Source: Candidatus Omnitrophota bacterium
Lineage (GTDB): Bacteria; Omnitrophota; Gorgyraeia; Tantalellales; Tantalellaceae
Direction of reading: 5' to 3'
Length of the DNA stretch: 64,000 nt
Assembly (NCBI GenBank): GCA_049642015.1
Contig: JBAROI010000054.1
Location: forward strand, 553 to 64,552
In this document: piece by piece, positions 1-8,054 of the stretch
Numbering within the stretch: the first letter of the stretch is position 1
How the letters are laid out: each line of letters starts with the position of its first letter
Notes under the pieces: model-generated
What the model saw: the letters and a program-made list of their open reading frames with translations, nothing else
Database searches by the model: none
Told to the model about the DNA's origin: nothing
Made by a program: the position numbers and the translations under genes

Positions 1-171
1 ACTGGAAAAATGCAAAGAAACGTTAAAAGTATGGCAGGAAAAGCCTGATAAAACCTTGCGCTCGGTCAGTGTCATAGTTGTTGCGATCGGTTTGTTGCTT
101 CTCTATTCCGCGTAAGATAAGCGCAAGATGGCTTTTAAGTATACGTATAGAGATACGCTATAATAAGCGCT

Positions 172-672
172 ATGGAGATACTTGCCCTTTCTATTCTGAT
201 AATCTTCAGCCTGGCCGGGTTTGCGGCTATTTTCTTTACGACATTCGGGACGCTTATTATCCTGATAGGCGCTGTCCTGCACGGACTTTTAACGGGCTTT
301 TCCGCTCTTTCCTTAAGAACGTTCCTGATACTACTCACGCTTTATTTGTGCGGCGAGGTTCTGGAGTATGTTTTGATCATAATGGGGGCTAAAAAACTAG
401 GGGCTTCCAATGCCGCGGTGGCGGGTGCTATAATAGGCGGGATAGTAGGGGCTATCGTTGGCGCGCCCGTGCTGGGAGTGGGCCTTATTCTCGGGGCTTT
501 TCTCGGGATTTTTTTCGGAGCTTTTATTGTTGAACTGATCATCCAGAGGGACCTGGTAAAATCACTTAAGGCCGGAGCAGGCGGCGTTTTTGGCAGGATA
601 GGTTCAGTAGTTGTCAAAGTAGTGATAGCCGTTATTATGCTGAGCATTATTGCTTCCGGAATAATTTCTTGA
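172..672 (+). CDS. Gly-rich multi-pass membrane protein (DUF456-like)
   Basis: ORF with several hydrophobic helices and GxxxG-rich segment (GAIIGGIVGAIVGAPVLGVGLILGAFLG); family assignment from memory. Confidence 0.45.
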   Translation: MEILALSILIIFSLAGFAAIFFTTFGTLIILIGAVLHGLLTGFSALSLRTFLILLTLYLCGEVLEYVLIIMGAKKLGASNAAVAGAIIGGIVGAIVGAPVLGVGLILGAFLGIFFGAFIVELIIQRDLVKSLKAGAGGVFGRIGSVVVKVVIAVIMLSIIASGIIS

Positions 673-673
673 T

Positions 674-1408
674 ATGAGATATCGAACAGTAACAGTTTTC
701 ACAGTAATTCTTGTATGTGCGGCTCTTGCGGCCGGATTTTTTCTCTGGCGTTTAAGGCTTTCTGAAATGAGAACAGCTGTGGGATGGGAAGAGGATTTTA
801 ATTCTGTTTCCAGGAGCGGCAGGCCCGTTATTCCGAAAGGCTGGAGGAGGCAAAAAAAACTTGGAACGAAATCGGCTGTTTTCTCCGCGGAAAAAGATAA
901 AAAGAACGGCTTGTCTTTCCTTCATATGGAGGCGGACAAGGCGAGTGCTACGCTTCTTTGTAAACCCGGGAACGTCGACCTGAAAAAGACACCCGTTTTA
1001 AAATGGCGCTGGAGGGCAACGGTTTTGCCTGAAGATGCGGACGGCAGGATAAAGGATAAGGACGATCAGGCTATTGGGATCTATGTAGGCACCGGAAGCG
1101 TTTTGAACCAAAAAGCGATATCGTACAGATGGGATACGGAGACCCCTAAAGGGGCTGAAGGGTCTTGCGATTACGGGGATGGAATGGTTAAGGTTAAGTG
1201 GTTCACGCTGAGAAATAAGCAAGATGCCGGCAGCGGCCGGTGGTTTGTCGAAAAGCGTGATTGTGCCGAAGATTTTAAAACGGCCTGGGGTTTTTATCCA
1301 AAGAAGATTTATCTGGGTGTTTCCTGCAACAGCCAGTATACTGGGACTAAAGCCGCGGCGGATTTGGACTGGATAGAGTTCATGTCCACGTCCGGTAACA
1401 ATGGTTAA
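674..1408 (+). CDS. DUF3047-like secreted/anchored protein (paralog 1)
   Basis: N-terminal TM/signal; shares W-W-R / KDDQA-IGIYV / SDSD-like motif pattern with ORF 12926..13936; DUF3047 assignment by recollection. Confidence 0.45.
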   Translation: MRYRTVTVFTVILVCAALAAGFFLWRLRLSEMRTAVGWEEDFNSVSRSGRPVIPKGWRRQKKLGTKSAVFSAEKDKKNGLSFLHMEADKASATLLCKPGNVDLKKTPVLKWRWRATVLPEDADGRIKDKDDQAIGIYVGTGSVLNQKAISYRWDTETPKGAEGSCDYGDGMVKVKWFTLRNKQDAGSGRWFVEKRDCAEDFKTAWGFYPKKIYLGVSCNSQYTGTKAAADLDWIEFMSTSGNNG

Positions 1409-1411
1409 ACA

Positions 1412-2227
1412 ATGATCACTGAAAGTTTACCAAAACGGATAATCAAAACACCTGTGCTTGTGGAAACCGAGCAGTTTTTGGTCAAGCTGGCCGAAAACCA
1501 GGAAGAAGTCGAGAAGACCCTGCGTCTCCGCTACGAGGTCTTTAATATCGAGCAGGGAAGGGGACTTAAAACCGCTGAAGAACACTCGATCGACTCTGAC
1601 GAGTTTGATCATTACTGTTTGCATTTATTTGTGCTGGAAAAATGGTCCGGCCGGGTAATAGGGACATACCGCATCCATCTTGGCATGGTGGCAAAGTCCG
1701 CGAAGGGTTTTTATTCTTCGAGAGAGTACGAGATAAAGGGGCTCTATAAAATAGCGGACAAATGCATGGAATTAGGCAGGTCCTGTGTGACGCCGGAATT
1801 CCGCACCGGCAGCGTGATCGCCCTTCTCTGGAAAGCGATAACTGAACTTTTGGTCAGAACGGAACTTACTTTCATGCTTGGATGCGTTAGCCTTGAGGAA
1901 GAGGACCCTGTAACGGGATGGGCTTTATATGAGTATTTTCACAGGGCGAATTTATTGAGCGAGCATATCGCCGCTATTCCCCATCCTGAGTTTGAACTGG
2001 AGCGTCCGCCGGATCACGAGATAGAAAAGTTCTTATCGGACGAAAGAGCTCTTAAAAAATGCATTCCTCCGCTTTTCAAGGGTTACCTCCGGCTCGGCGG
2101 CCTTGTATGCGGACAGCCCGCGCTGGACAGTGAGTTCGGAACGATCGATTTTTTCATAATGGTCGATACTACCAGGATCCCGGAACGCTACGTCCGGCAT
2201 TTTAATTACATTAGGAACATTGGTTGA
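1412..2227 (+). CDS. olsB: GNAT-family N-acyltransferase, OlsB-like (ornithine/amino-acid lipid N-acyltransferase)
   Basis: LRLRYEVFNIEQG...DEFDHYCLHLFV...GTYRI pattern typical of hemolysin-like Acetyltransf_5; immediately followed (8-nt overlap) by PlsC-family acyltransferase. Confidence 0.6.
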   Translation: MITESLPKRIIKTPVLVETEQFLVKLAENQEEVEKTLRLRYEVFNIEQGRGLKTAEEHSIDSDEFDHYCLHLFVLEKWSGRVIGTYRIHLGMVAKSAKGFYSSREYEIKGLYKIADKCMELGRSCVTPEFRTGSVIALLWKAITELLVRTELTFMLGCVSLEEEDPVTGWALYEYFHRANLLSEHIAAIPHPEFELERPPDHEIEKFLSDERALKKCIPPLFKGYLRLGGLVCGQPALDSEFGTIDFFIMVDTTRIPERYVRHFNYIRNIG

Positions 2228-3014
2228 TATCATGGCGTTTTTTCTTCGTTTATACCGGATCACGGCGCTTGCCGTATGGCTTCTGTTCATCATCCTTTTA
2301 ACCATACCGTACCAATTCAGAGGCTGGAACGGGGTTAAAAAGATAAACCGCCTCGTCCATTTACTGATGACGGGCGCCGCAAAGATCATTAATCTGCGTG
2401 TTAAATTGTCAGGCGAAGTTCCCGATGCGTCCGCGGGTTTGGTTGTTTCAAACCATCTTAGTTATCTGGATATAATCGCCCACGGCTCGGTTTTTCCCAT
2501 TCGTTATTCCCCAAAATCAGAGATCGCAAAATGGCCGATCCTTGGATGGGTTACCGCTTTAAGTCATCCGATATGGATCAAAAGAAAAATGAAACAAGCG
2601 TCCAAAGAGACCTTGAAAGATTTCGCGGAAACCGCCAAACATGGAATAAACCTTTTAGTTTACCCGGAGGGAACAAGTTCTGACGGAAAGAGCGGTGTTC
2701 TTCCGTTCAAGTCCACTCTTTTTGAAGCCGCCGTTGCGGAAGACCTGCCGGTCATTCCCGTACTGACGCGCTATCGTGAGGCTCCCGGAAGAACTACCGT
2801 ATGCTGGTACGGCGACATGACCCTGCTTCCTCATCTCTGGCAGGTGCTGGGCTTTCCTTCCATAGAATCGGAACTTCATCTTCTTCCACCTGTTTTTCCG
2901 GAAGGAAGGTCAAGAAAGGAAATGGCTTCCCACGTGCATGAACTTCTCAGCCGTGAATATAATAAGATTATCGGTGTGGACGCAAAATGGCAAACATCAG
3001 AAAGCATGTTTTGA
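2220..3014 (+). CDS. olsA: lysophospholipid acyltransferase (PlsC family), OlsA-like
   Basis: N-terminal TM, VVSNHLSYLDII (HX4D-type motif) and YPEGTSS motif; operonic with OlsB-like gene. Confidence 0.65.
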   Translation: MVDIMAFFLRLYRITALAVWLLFIILLTIPYQFRGWNGVKKINRLVHLLMTGAAKIINLRVKLSGEVPDASAGLVVSNHLSYLDIIAHGSVFPIRYSPKSEIAKWPILGWVTALSHPIWIKRKMKQASKETLKDFAETAKHGINLLVYPEGTSSDGKSGVLPFKSTLFEAAVAEDLPVIPVLTRYREAPGRTTVCWYGDMTLLPHLWQVLGFPSIESELHLLPPVFPEGRSRKEMASHVHELLSREYNKIIGVDAKWQTSESMF

Positions 3015-3265
3015 TAAGCGGGATGGTCCAGGGAGTGTTTTTTCGCTCCGACACGAGGGAGATGGCGCGCAGCCTCGGGATGACGGGTTGGGTCAGGAAC
3101 TGCTGGGACGGAAGAGTGGAAGCCGTCTTTGAAGGAGAGGAATCCATGGTTGACCACGCGGTCGAATGGTGCCGTAAGGGACCTCCTTCAGCTCATGTAA
3201 ATAAAATTGATGTTACTACCGAAAAATATACCGGTCAATTCGATACTTTTGATATAACGTACTAA
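2987..3265 (+). CDS. acyP: acylphosphatase
   Basis: GMVQGVFFRSDTR...GWVRNCWDGRVEAVFEGE signature of acylphosphatase fold. Confidence 0.8.
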   Translation: MANIRKHVLISGMVQGVFFRSDTREMARSLGMTGWVRNCWDGRVEAVFEGEESMVDHAVEWCRKGPPSAHVNKIDVTTEKYTGQFDTFDITY

Positions 3266-3278
3266 AGGGGGGTGTGAG

Positions 3279-3587
3279 ATGTTGGCAGAGATAAGCATTA
3301 TACCTGTTGGCGAAGGCGTTTCGATCAGCAGTCATGTGGCCAGAATGGCGAACATCATCGACGAAAGCGGCCTGGATTACAAGATCAATCCGATGGCTAC
3401 GGTCATAGAAGGCGATTTCGATGAGGTCATGCGCCTTGTAAAGAAATGCCACGAGACTATTATGGAAGAGGCAGAAAGGGTCATCATCAATGTGGTCATA
3501 GACGACCGCAGGGATAAGACGGCCCCGCGCCTGGATAAGAAGCTGGAGTCGGTGGAACAGAAGGCCGGAAAGACCTTGAAGAAGTAG
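3279..3587 (+). CDS. MTH1187/YkoF-family (DUF77) protein
   Basis: ~100 aa; AEISIIPVG...INPMATVIEG...VVIDDRRDK matches thiamine-binding YkoF/MTH1187 family. Confidence 0.7.
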   Translation: MLAEISIIPVGEGVSISSHVARMANIIDESGLDYKINPMATVIEGDFDEVMRLVKKCHETIMEEAERVIINVVIDDRRDKTAPRLDKKLESVEQKAGKTLKK

Positions 3588-3612
3588 GCGCGTTCAGGCC
3601 AAAAGACCGAAT

Positions 3613-4356
3613 ATGAGAAACCTCACAAGAACCGGAACGAATATCAATTCAAAAATAGGTAAGGCGATAGGCGATTACGGCCTCATCGAAGACGGCGACA
3701 AAATACTGGTCGCCGTTTCCGGCGGGAAGGATAGCCTCACTCTCCTGACGCTCCTTAAGGAGATCCAGAGATGGGCGCCGGTAAAGTTTGAACTTTTCGC
3801 GGCGCACATAATGACGGACTTTCGCTGCGGCGGCTGTGTGCATGAAAATAGTCTCTCCGGCATATTCAAGGAAATGAGTGTCGAATATGTTTTCAGGGAC
3901 ATCAAGGTGCTTGATGAAGAAGGCAAGACCACGTGTTTCTGGTGTTCCTGGAACAGGCGCAAAGCGCTTTTTGAGATCGCGGCCGAACTCGGCTGTAATA
4001 AAGTAGCCCTGGGACATCACAAAGACGACATCGTTGAGACCGTTCTTATGAACCTTCTTTATAAGGGCGAGATATCTACCATGAATCCCTGTCAGGAGAT
4101 GTTCGACGGCAAGATCGTCATCATCAGGCCTCTTTGTTACGTGGAAGAGAAGACGATAAAGAAATTCGCGAAAGAAAGCAAATTCCCTGAACAACTATGC
4201 AAGTGTCCCTTCGGAAAAGATTCAAAAAGACGGTACGTGAAAAAATTCATCAGGGAGACGGAAAAAAGCACACCGCGCCTCAATGTCAAAACAAATATTT
4301 TTAAAAGCATTGCCAGGATCAAAGAAGATTACATTAATGTGAAAGAGGAAAAATGA
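3613..4356 (+). CDS. ttcA: tRNA 2-thiocytidine(32) synthetase TtcA (PP-loop ATPase)
   Basis: SGGKDS PP-loop motif, paired CxxC motifs (CGGC, CKCPFGK). Confidence 0.8.
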   Translation: MRNLTRTGTNINSKIGKAIGDYGLIEDGDKILVAVSGGKDSLTLLTLLKEIQRWAPVKFELFAAHIMTDFRCGGCVHENSLSGIFKEMSVEYVFRDIKVLDEEGKTTCFWCSWNRRKALFEIAAELGCNKVALGHHKDDIVETVLMNLLYKGEISTMNPCQEMFDGKIVIIRPLCYVEEKTIKKFAKESKFPEQLCKCPFGKDSKRRYVKKFIRETEKSTPRLNVKTNIFKSIARIKEDYINVKEEK

Positions 4357-5180
4357 AAAAGGTTTTTGTTCTCGCAATAATTTTTTTCCATCTGGTTGGC
4401 ACTGTTTTTTGCCAGCCGGAAGACATGGAAGTTAAGATCTTTAAAATAAAAAACAGACGCGCAGAATCCTTGCTGCCTGTAGTTGAGCACATGAAAAGCG
4501 GCGAAGGCAAGGTAACGGTTGACTCCAACACGGACAGCCTGATAGTCGTCGATTATCCGCAGAACCTGACAAGGATGGCGGAAGTCCTCAAAACTTTGGA
4601 TGTTCCCGAGAAGCAGGTTGAAATAAAGGTCCTTGTCGCGGAAATCACGGATGCCTTTTTGGGGCAGGCGGGCCTGAGCTTTGGACAATCGGTCATGACG
4701 CCGGAAAGGTTTGACCGGATGCGGTACCTGCTTGAAAAGAGTGAAAACTCAAACGTACGTTCAGAAATGACAGTTCTGACGATGAGCGGACAGCCCGCGA
4801 CCATAAAAGTCGCCCAGGAGGAGATATTATGGGGGGCGGTGGTAAGCGTGCCCGAGAGTAAAACAATAACGGTCGCGCCTGTCGCGAAAAGAAGCGCCGG
4901 GAAATTCCTGGAAGTCTTGCCCAGAGTGAACAACGACGGCTCTATTACCGTTACCTTGAGGCCGGAAGTAAGCGAGTTCCAAAAGGACCGCAGTATATAT
5001 GAGAGGTCCATTATAACCCAGGTTAACGTTGGAAACGGTGATACAATAGCGATAGGCGGCCTTGAGGCGGAAAAAAAATATACCGAGCAGACTGGGATCC
5101 CACTTACCGGGACAAGGGTTCATGCGGGGATGAAGGAAAGAAGAAAAATAATAATGTTCCTTACTGCAACCGAAAAATAA
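4353..5180 (+). CDS. minimal secretin-family outer-membrane protein (signal peptide + one secretin-N domain + secretin domain)
   Basis: Signal peptide; secretin-N-like domain (LIVVDYPQNLTRMAEVLKTLDV); C-terminus GDTIAIGGL...GIPLTG...RRKIIMFLTATEK matches secretin C-terminal consensus; ATGA overlap with ttcA stop. Confidence 0.55.
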   Translation: MKKVFVLAIIFFHLVGTVFCQPEDMEVKIFKIKNRRAESLLPVVEHMKSGEGKVTVDSNTDSLIVVDYPQNLTRMAEVLKTLDVPEKQVEIKVLVAEITDAFLGQAGLSFGQSVMTPERFDRMRYLLEKSENSNVRSEMTVLTMSGQPATIKVAQEEILWGAVVSVPESKTITVAPVAKRSAGKFLEVLPRVNNDGSITVTLRPEVSEFQKDRSIYERSIITQVNVGNGDTIAIGGLEAEKKYTEQTGIPLTGTRVHAGMKERRKIIMFLTATEK

Positions 5181-5312
5181 TCCGATTTTCTTGCAAAACG
5201 GATAGATTGCATATATCATTTACATTAATAGGGATATGGAAATTATAACAATAGTTAATTTTAATAGGACAAAAAGGCAATTGTCAAGATAAGCGCAAGA
5301 AGAGGAGAAGCG

Positions 5313-5666
5313 ATGGATAGCTCAATTTGTCAGGTAGAATCACAGGGCGAGGTTACGGTGCTGTCCATGAACCTGGATGACGTTGACGTTCACCAGGAGA
5401 GGGTCCTGATGAGGGATTTCTTCAAACTCGTGGACGAGGGCAGCAAGAACATAGTCATAGACCTTTCCCGGACAAGCCACATCGCTTCGGTCGGGATAGC
5501 CGTTTTAATATTCATGCTTAAAAGGACGAAAAAGAAAGATTGCAACCTTGCGATCTGCGGCGCCAGCGAAAAGATAAAGAACGTTTTGAAGACAACGAAC
5601 GTCGACACCTTGTTTGAAGTGTACGATGACAGGGAAAAAGCCATAAGCCGGCTTACTTCCGCATAG
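5313..5666 (+). CDS. STAS-domain protein (anti-sigma-factor antagonist-like)
   Basis: SpoIIAA-like layout: VLSMNLDDVDV...IVIDLSRTSHIASVGIAVL...VYDDREKA. Confidence 0.65.
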   Translation: MDSSICQVESQGEVTVLSMNLDDVDVHQERVLMRDFFKLVDEGSKNIVIDLSRTSHIASVGIAVLIFMLKRTKKKDCNLAICGASEKIKNVLKTTNVDTLFEVYDDREKAISRLTSA

Positions 5667-5679
5667 AACGGGACTGATC

Positions 5680-6003
5680 ATGGAAAGTAACATAATGCGC
5701 CTGATGGCATCCTATCTTCTTGCCGGGTTCCTTGTTTTTCTGCTTATACAGTTGAGGAGGGATCCGGAGCGAAGGCGCGCCCTTGGATTCAAGTCCCTTC
5801 TGGGTCGTTTCTTTCTGGCAGTGTTTATTTTTTACGCGTTTCCTTTGATCGCGTTCCTGTCATATCACTGTTTTAAAGTTGTAATTGTGCAAAAGTACAC
5901 CACACATCAATTTAAGCTATACGCCATTTCGGTGTTGTTTAACGAGTTTAATGGATATTATTTGGCGATATGGAACTGGGTCAAGAATCAGCTTAGGCTG
6001 TGA
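5680..6003 (+). CDS. hypothetical membrane protein
   Basis: ORF with 3 predicted TM helices; no recognisable family. Confidence 0.3.
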   Translation: MESNIMRLMASYLLAGFLVFLLIQLRRDPERRRALGFKSLLGRFFLAVFIFYAFPLIAFLSYHCFKVVIVQKYTTHQFKLYAISVLFNEFNGYYLAIWNWVKNQLRL

Positions 6004-6015
6004 GGGGGGGGAGGC

Positions 6016-6534
6016 ATGAAGAAGACCGTTTTAGTAATGGTGGCGGTGATCGTCCTGGCGGTGCTGGTGTTTGTCGGCCGCGGATTATTATTCGGGAGGA
6101 ATATTTACAAAGATGAAAATGTTGTTTTTGCGTATCCAGAGGGATGGCAGGGGAGCAGCAGGACAGATTTCATGTTTTATCCGCCCCAGATCGGAGTGGA
6201 AGAGGAGGGCATGAAAAGCCGCATCAGCTTAAGGGTGGACGACATGATGGCGAAAAACGCGGCAATAAACGTCACTCCTGAGAAGATCAAAAAAGGGCTC
6301 GCACAGCGCATCCCGGACGTAAGCTTCCTGGCTGAGACATCGACCACAGTATCCGGTAAGAAAGGATACCGTGTCGTGATCGGAGGCAGTTTCCGGAAAG
6401 TGCCCATCAAGGGAATAGGCATATTTGTCGCAAAAGGGGCGAAATTGTACTCGATAACGTACACCTCACCCATTGATTCCTTTGAGAAGGACCTGAAAGA
6501 ATTTGATAAGTTCCTTAAATCGATAAAATTTTAA
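6016..6534 (+). CDS. hypothetical membrane-anchored protein
   Basis: ORF with N-terminal TM anchor; GGGGG-rich SD (6004-6012) upstream. Confidence 0.35.
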   Translation: MKKTVLVMVAVIVLAVLVFVGRGLLFGRNIYKDENVVFAYPEGWQGSSRTDFMFYPPQIGVEEEGMKSRISLRVDDMMAKNAAINVTPEKIKKGLAQRIPDVSFLAETSTTVSGKKGYRVVIGGSFRKVPIKGIGIFVAKGAKLYSITYTSPIDSFEKDLKEFDKFLKSIKF

Positions 6535-6535
6535 A

Positions 6536-7012
6536 ATGAAAATAATAATAATCTCGACAGCTTTAATGTTATTTTACGTATTCATCGCGTTCATCGGCCT
6601 TTTCTTGTATACTAAGCCTTCCAGGGCGATCGAACTGCAGAAAAAGTTTTACGAAAAGATAAACTGGAGGATAGAGCCGGTATCGATGGAAAAGGAGATC
6701 CGCAATACCAGGATCATGGGGCTGATCTTGCTCATTGCGACCTTTGTGTCGATAATATTATCAGTCTTGAGTTGCGGGGCCTTTGCGGACGAGGACAGGA
6801 AGCTGCCAGAGAAGGGCGTGACGCAGATGGAGGACTTCGGAGGCGGGCAGTACATGACGGGCGGCGGCGAAATAGTGCAGATGGACGACCTGGGCGACGA
6901 CGATTACCTGACGACAGACGGAGAATTGATACAGACGGAAGACATGGGCGGCGGGGACTACCTGACAAGCGAGGGAAAGATACTGCAAATAGAAGGCGAA
7001 GGAAAGGATTAG
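6536..7012 (+). CDS. membrane protein with C-terminal acidic Gly-rich tandem repeats
   Basis: Two TM helices then 3.4 copies of a 19-aa unit (xEDhGGGxYhTxxGEIhQ) encoded by 57-nt DNA repeats. Confidence 0.4.
   Translation: MKIIIISTALMLFYVFIAFIGLFLYTKPSRAIELQKKFYEKINWRIEPVSMEKEIRNTRIMGLILLIATFVSIILSVLSCGAFADEDRKLPEKGVTQMEDFGGGQYMTGGGEIVQMDDLGDDDYLTTDGELIQTEDMGGGDYLTSEGKILQIEGEGKD
6827..7009 (+). repeat. 57-nt coding tandem repeat (3.2 copies)
   Basis: Encodes the 19-aa acidic Gly-rich repeat of ORF 6536..7012. Confidence 0.6.
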
Positions 7013-7016
7013 CGGC

Positions 7017-7286
7017 ATGCCTGACGAAGAAAATATAATTTCGGATGAGCTGAAATTAAAATTACAGGAAGACGAGATCATAAAGTCGGTCAAGTCGTCC
7101 GGGGAATATCTTTATTACTGGAACATGCAAAAGATGACCCTGGCCCTTTTTTTACTTCTTCTCACAGCGAGTATTATCTGGAGCTGGTGGATCCTGCTCA
7201 TCTCGTTCACCTTTCTCGGTGTTAATCTGTACGCGAACTTCAAAAGGATGAGGTTGCTGCTGGAGCATAGAACCGCAAGTCATTGA
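7017..7286 (+). CDS. hypothetical small membrane protein
   Basis: ORF with two TM helices; abuts neighbours. Confidence 0.3.
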   Translation: MPDEENIISDELKLKLQEDEIIKSVKSSGEYLYYWNMQKMTLALFLLLLTASIIWSWWILLISFTFLGVNLYANFKRMRLLLEHRTASH

Positions 7287-8050
7287 TGCTAAAAAAATTC
7301 TCAATCCTAATTTTGATCTGCTCGATATCCTATCAATTTGCCTGGGCCGGCGAGGCGCAGGGCCCCGATGTTGTCACCATTCAGCTTAAAAATAAGGGAA
7401 AGGTCGAAGGTGTTATCGTCAAAGAGACGGAAGAAGGGATATTTGTGGATGTCGGTTTCGGGACCGTCGGCGTTTCAAAGAGCGAGATCGAAGAAATAGA
7501 GTATCCCGCGGGCGGCGAAAAAGGCGATATGGTGAGGACCTGGAGAATGCACCGGACCGAAACCATAAGAAATATAAAGAGAAGAAGAAGTGACGAAGAA
7601 GCGGTGGAGAGAAGAATAGAAGAAAGCATGAGGGCCAAGGAAAAGATCGCCGAAAAAGCAAGAAGGGAAGAAGGATACAGGGTAAAATTCGCGGACAGGT
7701 CCAGGATCCAGGTGGAAGCCGTTCTTAACGAAGAAGCCACGGCGACGCTCCTTGTTGATACCGGGGCTACCCTCGTGGTCATACCCCTTGAAGTTGCGGA
7801 ACGCTTGACCGGCGTGGACCTGGATTCCGCGAGAAAAATAGAAACGAAACTTGCGGACGGGACGGTGAGGGAAAGCGTTCCCATAATGTTAAGATCTGTC
7901 GAAGTCGGTGATATGAAAGCCAGGAACGTAGAAGCTGCCGCAATGGATCTGCAGGGGAAAAGTGGCCTTCTGGGGATGTCTTTTTTGAGCCGGTTCCACA
8001 TACACATGGATGCTGAAAATAAAGAGCTGGTGTTCAGGGAGAAGAAATAG
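7283..8050 (+). CDS. retropepsin-like (clan AA) aspartic protease with signal peptide
   Basis: LLVDTGATLVVIP active-site motif (D-T-G-A) in C-terminal domain; N-terminal signal sequence. Confidence 0.65.
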   Translation: MMLKKFSILILICSISYQFAWAGEAQGPDVVTIQLKNKGKVEGVIVKETEEGIFVDVGFGTVGVSKSEIEEIEYPAGGEKGDMVRTWRMHRTETIRNIKRRRSDEEAVERRIEESMRAKEKIAEKARREEGYRVKFADRSRIQVEAVLNEEATATLLVDTGATLVVIPLEVAERLTGVDLDSARKIETKLADGTVRESVPIMLRSVEVGDMKARNVEAAAMDLQGKSGLLGMSFLSRFHIHMDAENKELVFREKK

Positions 8051-8054
8051 AGCC

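Noticed and set aside
78-392. 104-aa ORF at the window start, overlapping the DUF456-like gene
   Set aside because: It is in a different frame from the membrane-protein ORF 172..672, whose hydrophobic periodicity is convincing. A separate open frame from position 2 to about 112 (C-terminal hydrophobic stretch) could be the tail of an upstream gene but cannot be supported from 111 nt.
6772-7038. 88-aa Arg-rich + strand ORF overlapping the repeat-protein gene in another frame
   Set aside because: It is produced by the 57-nt tandem DNA repeat. The in-frame Gly/Asp repeat protein 6536..7012 has TM helices and a start context, whereas this frame has neither.
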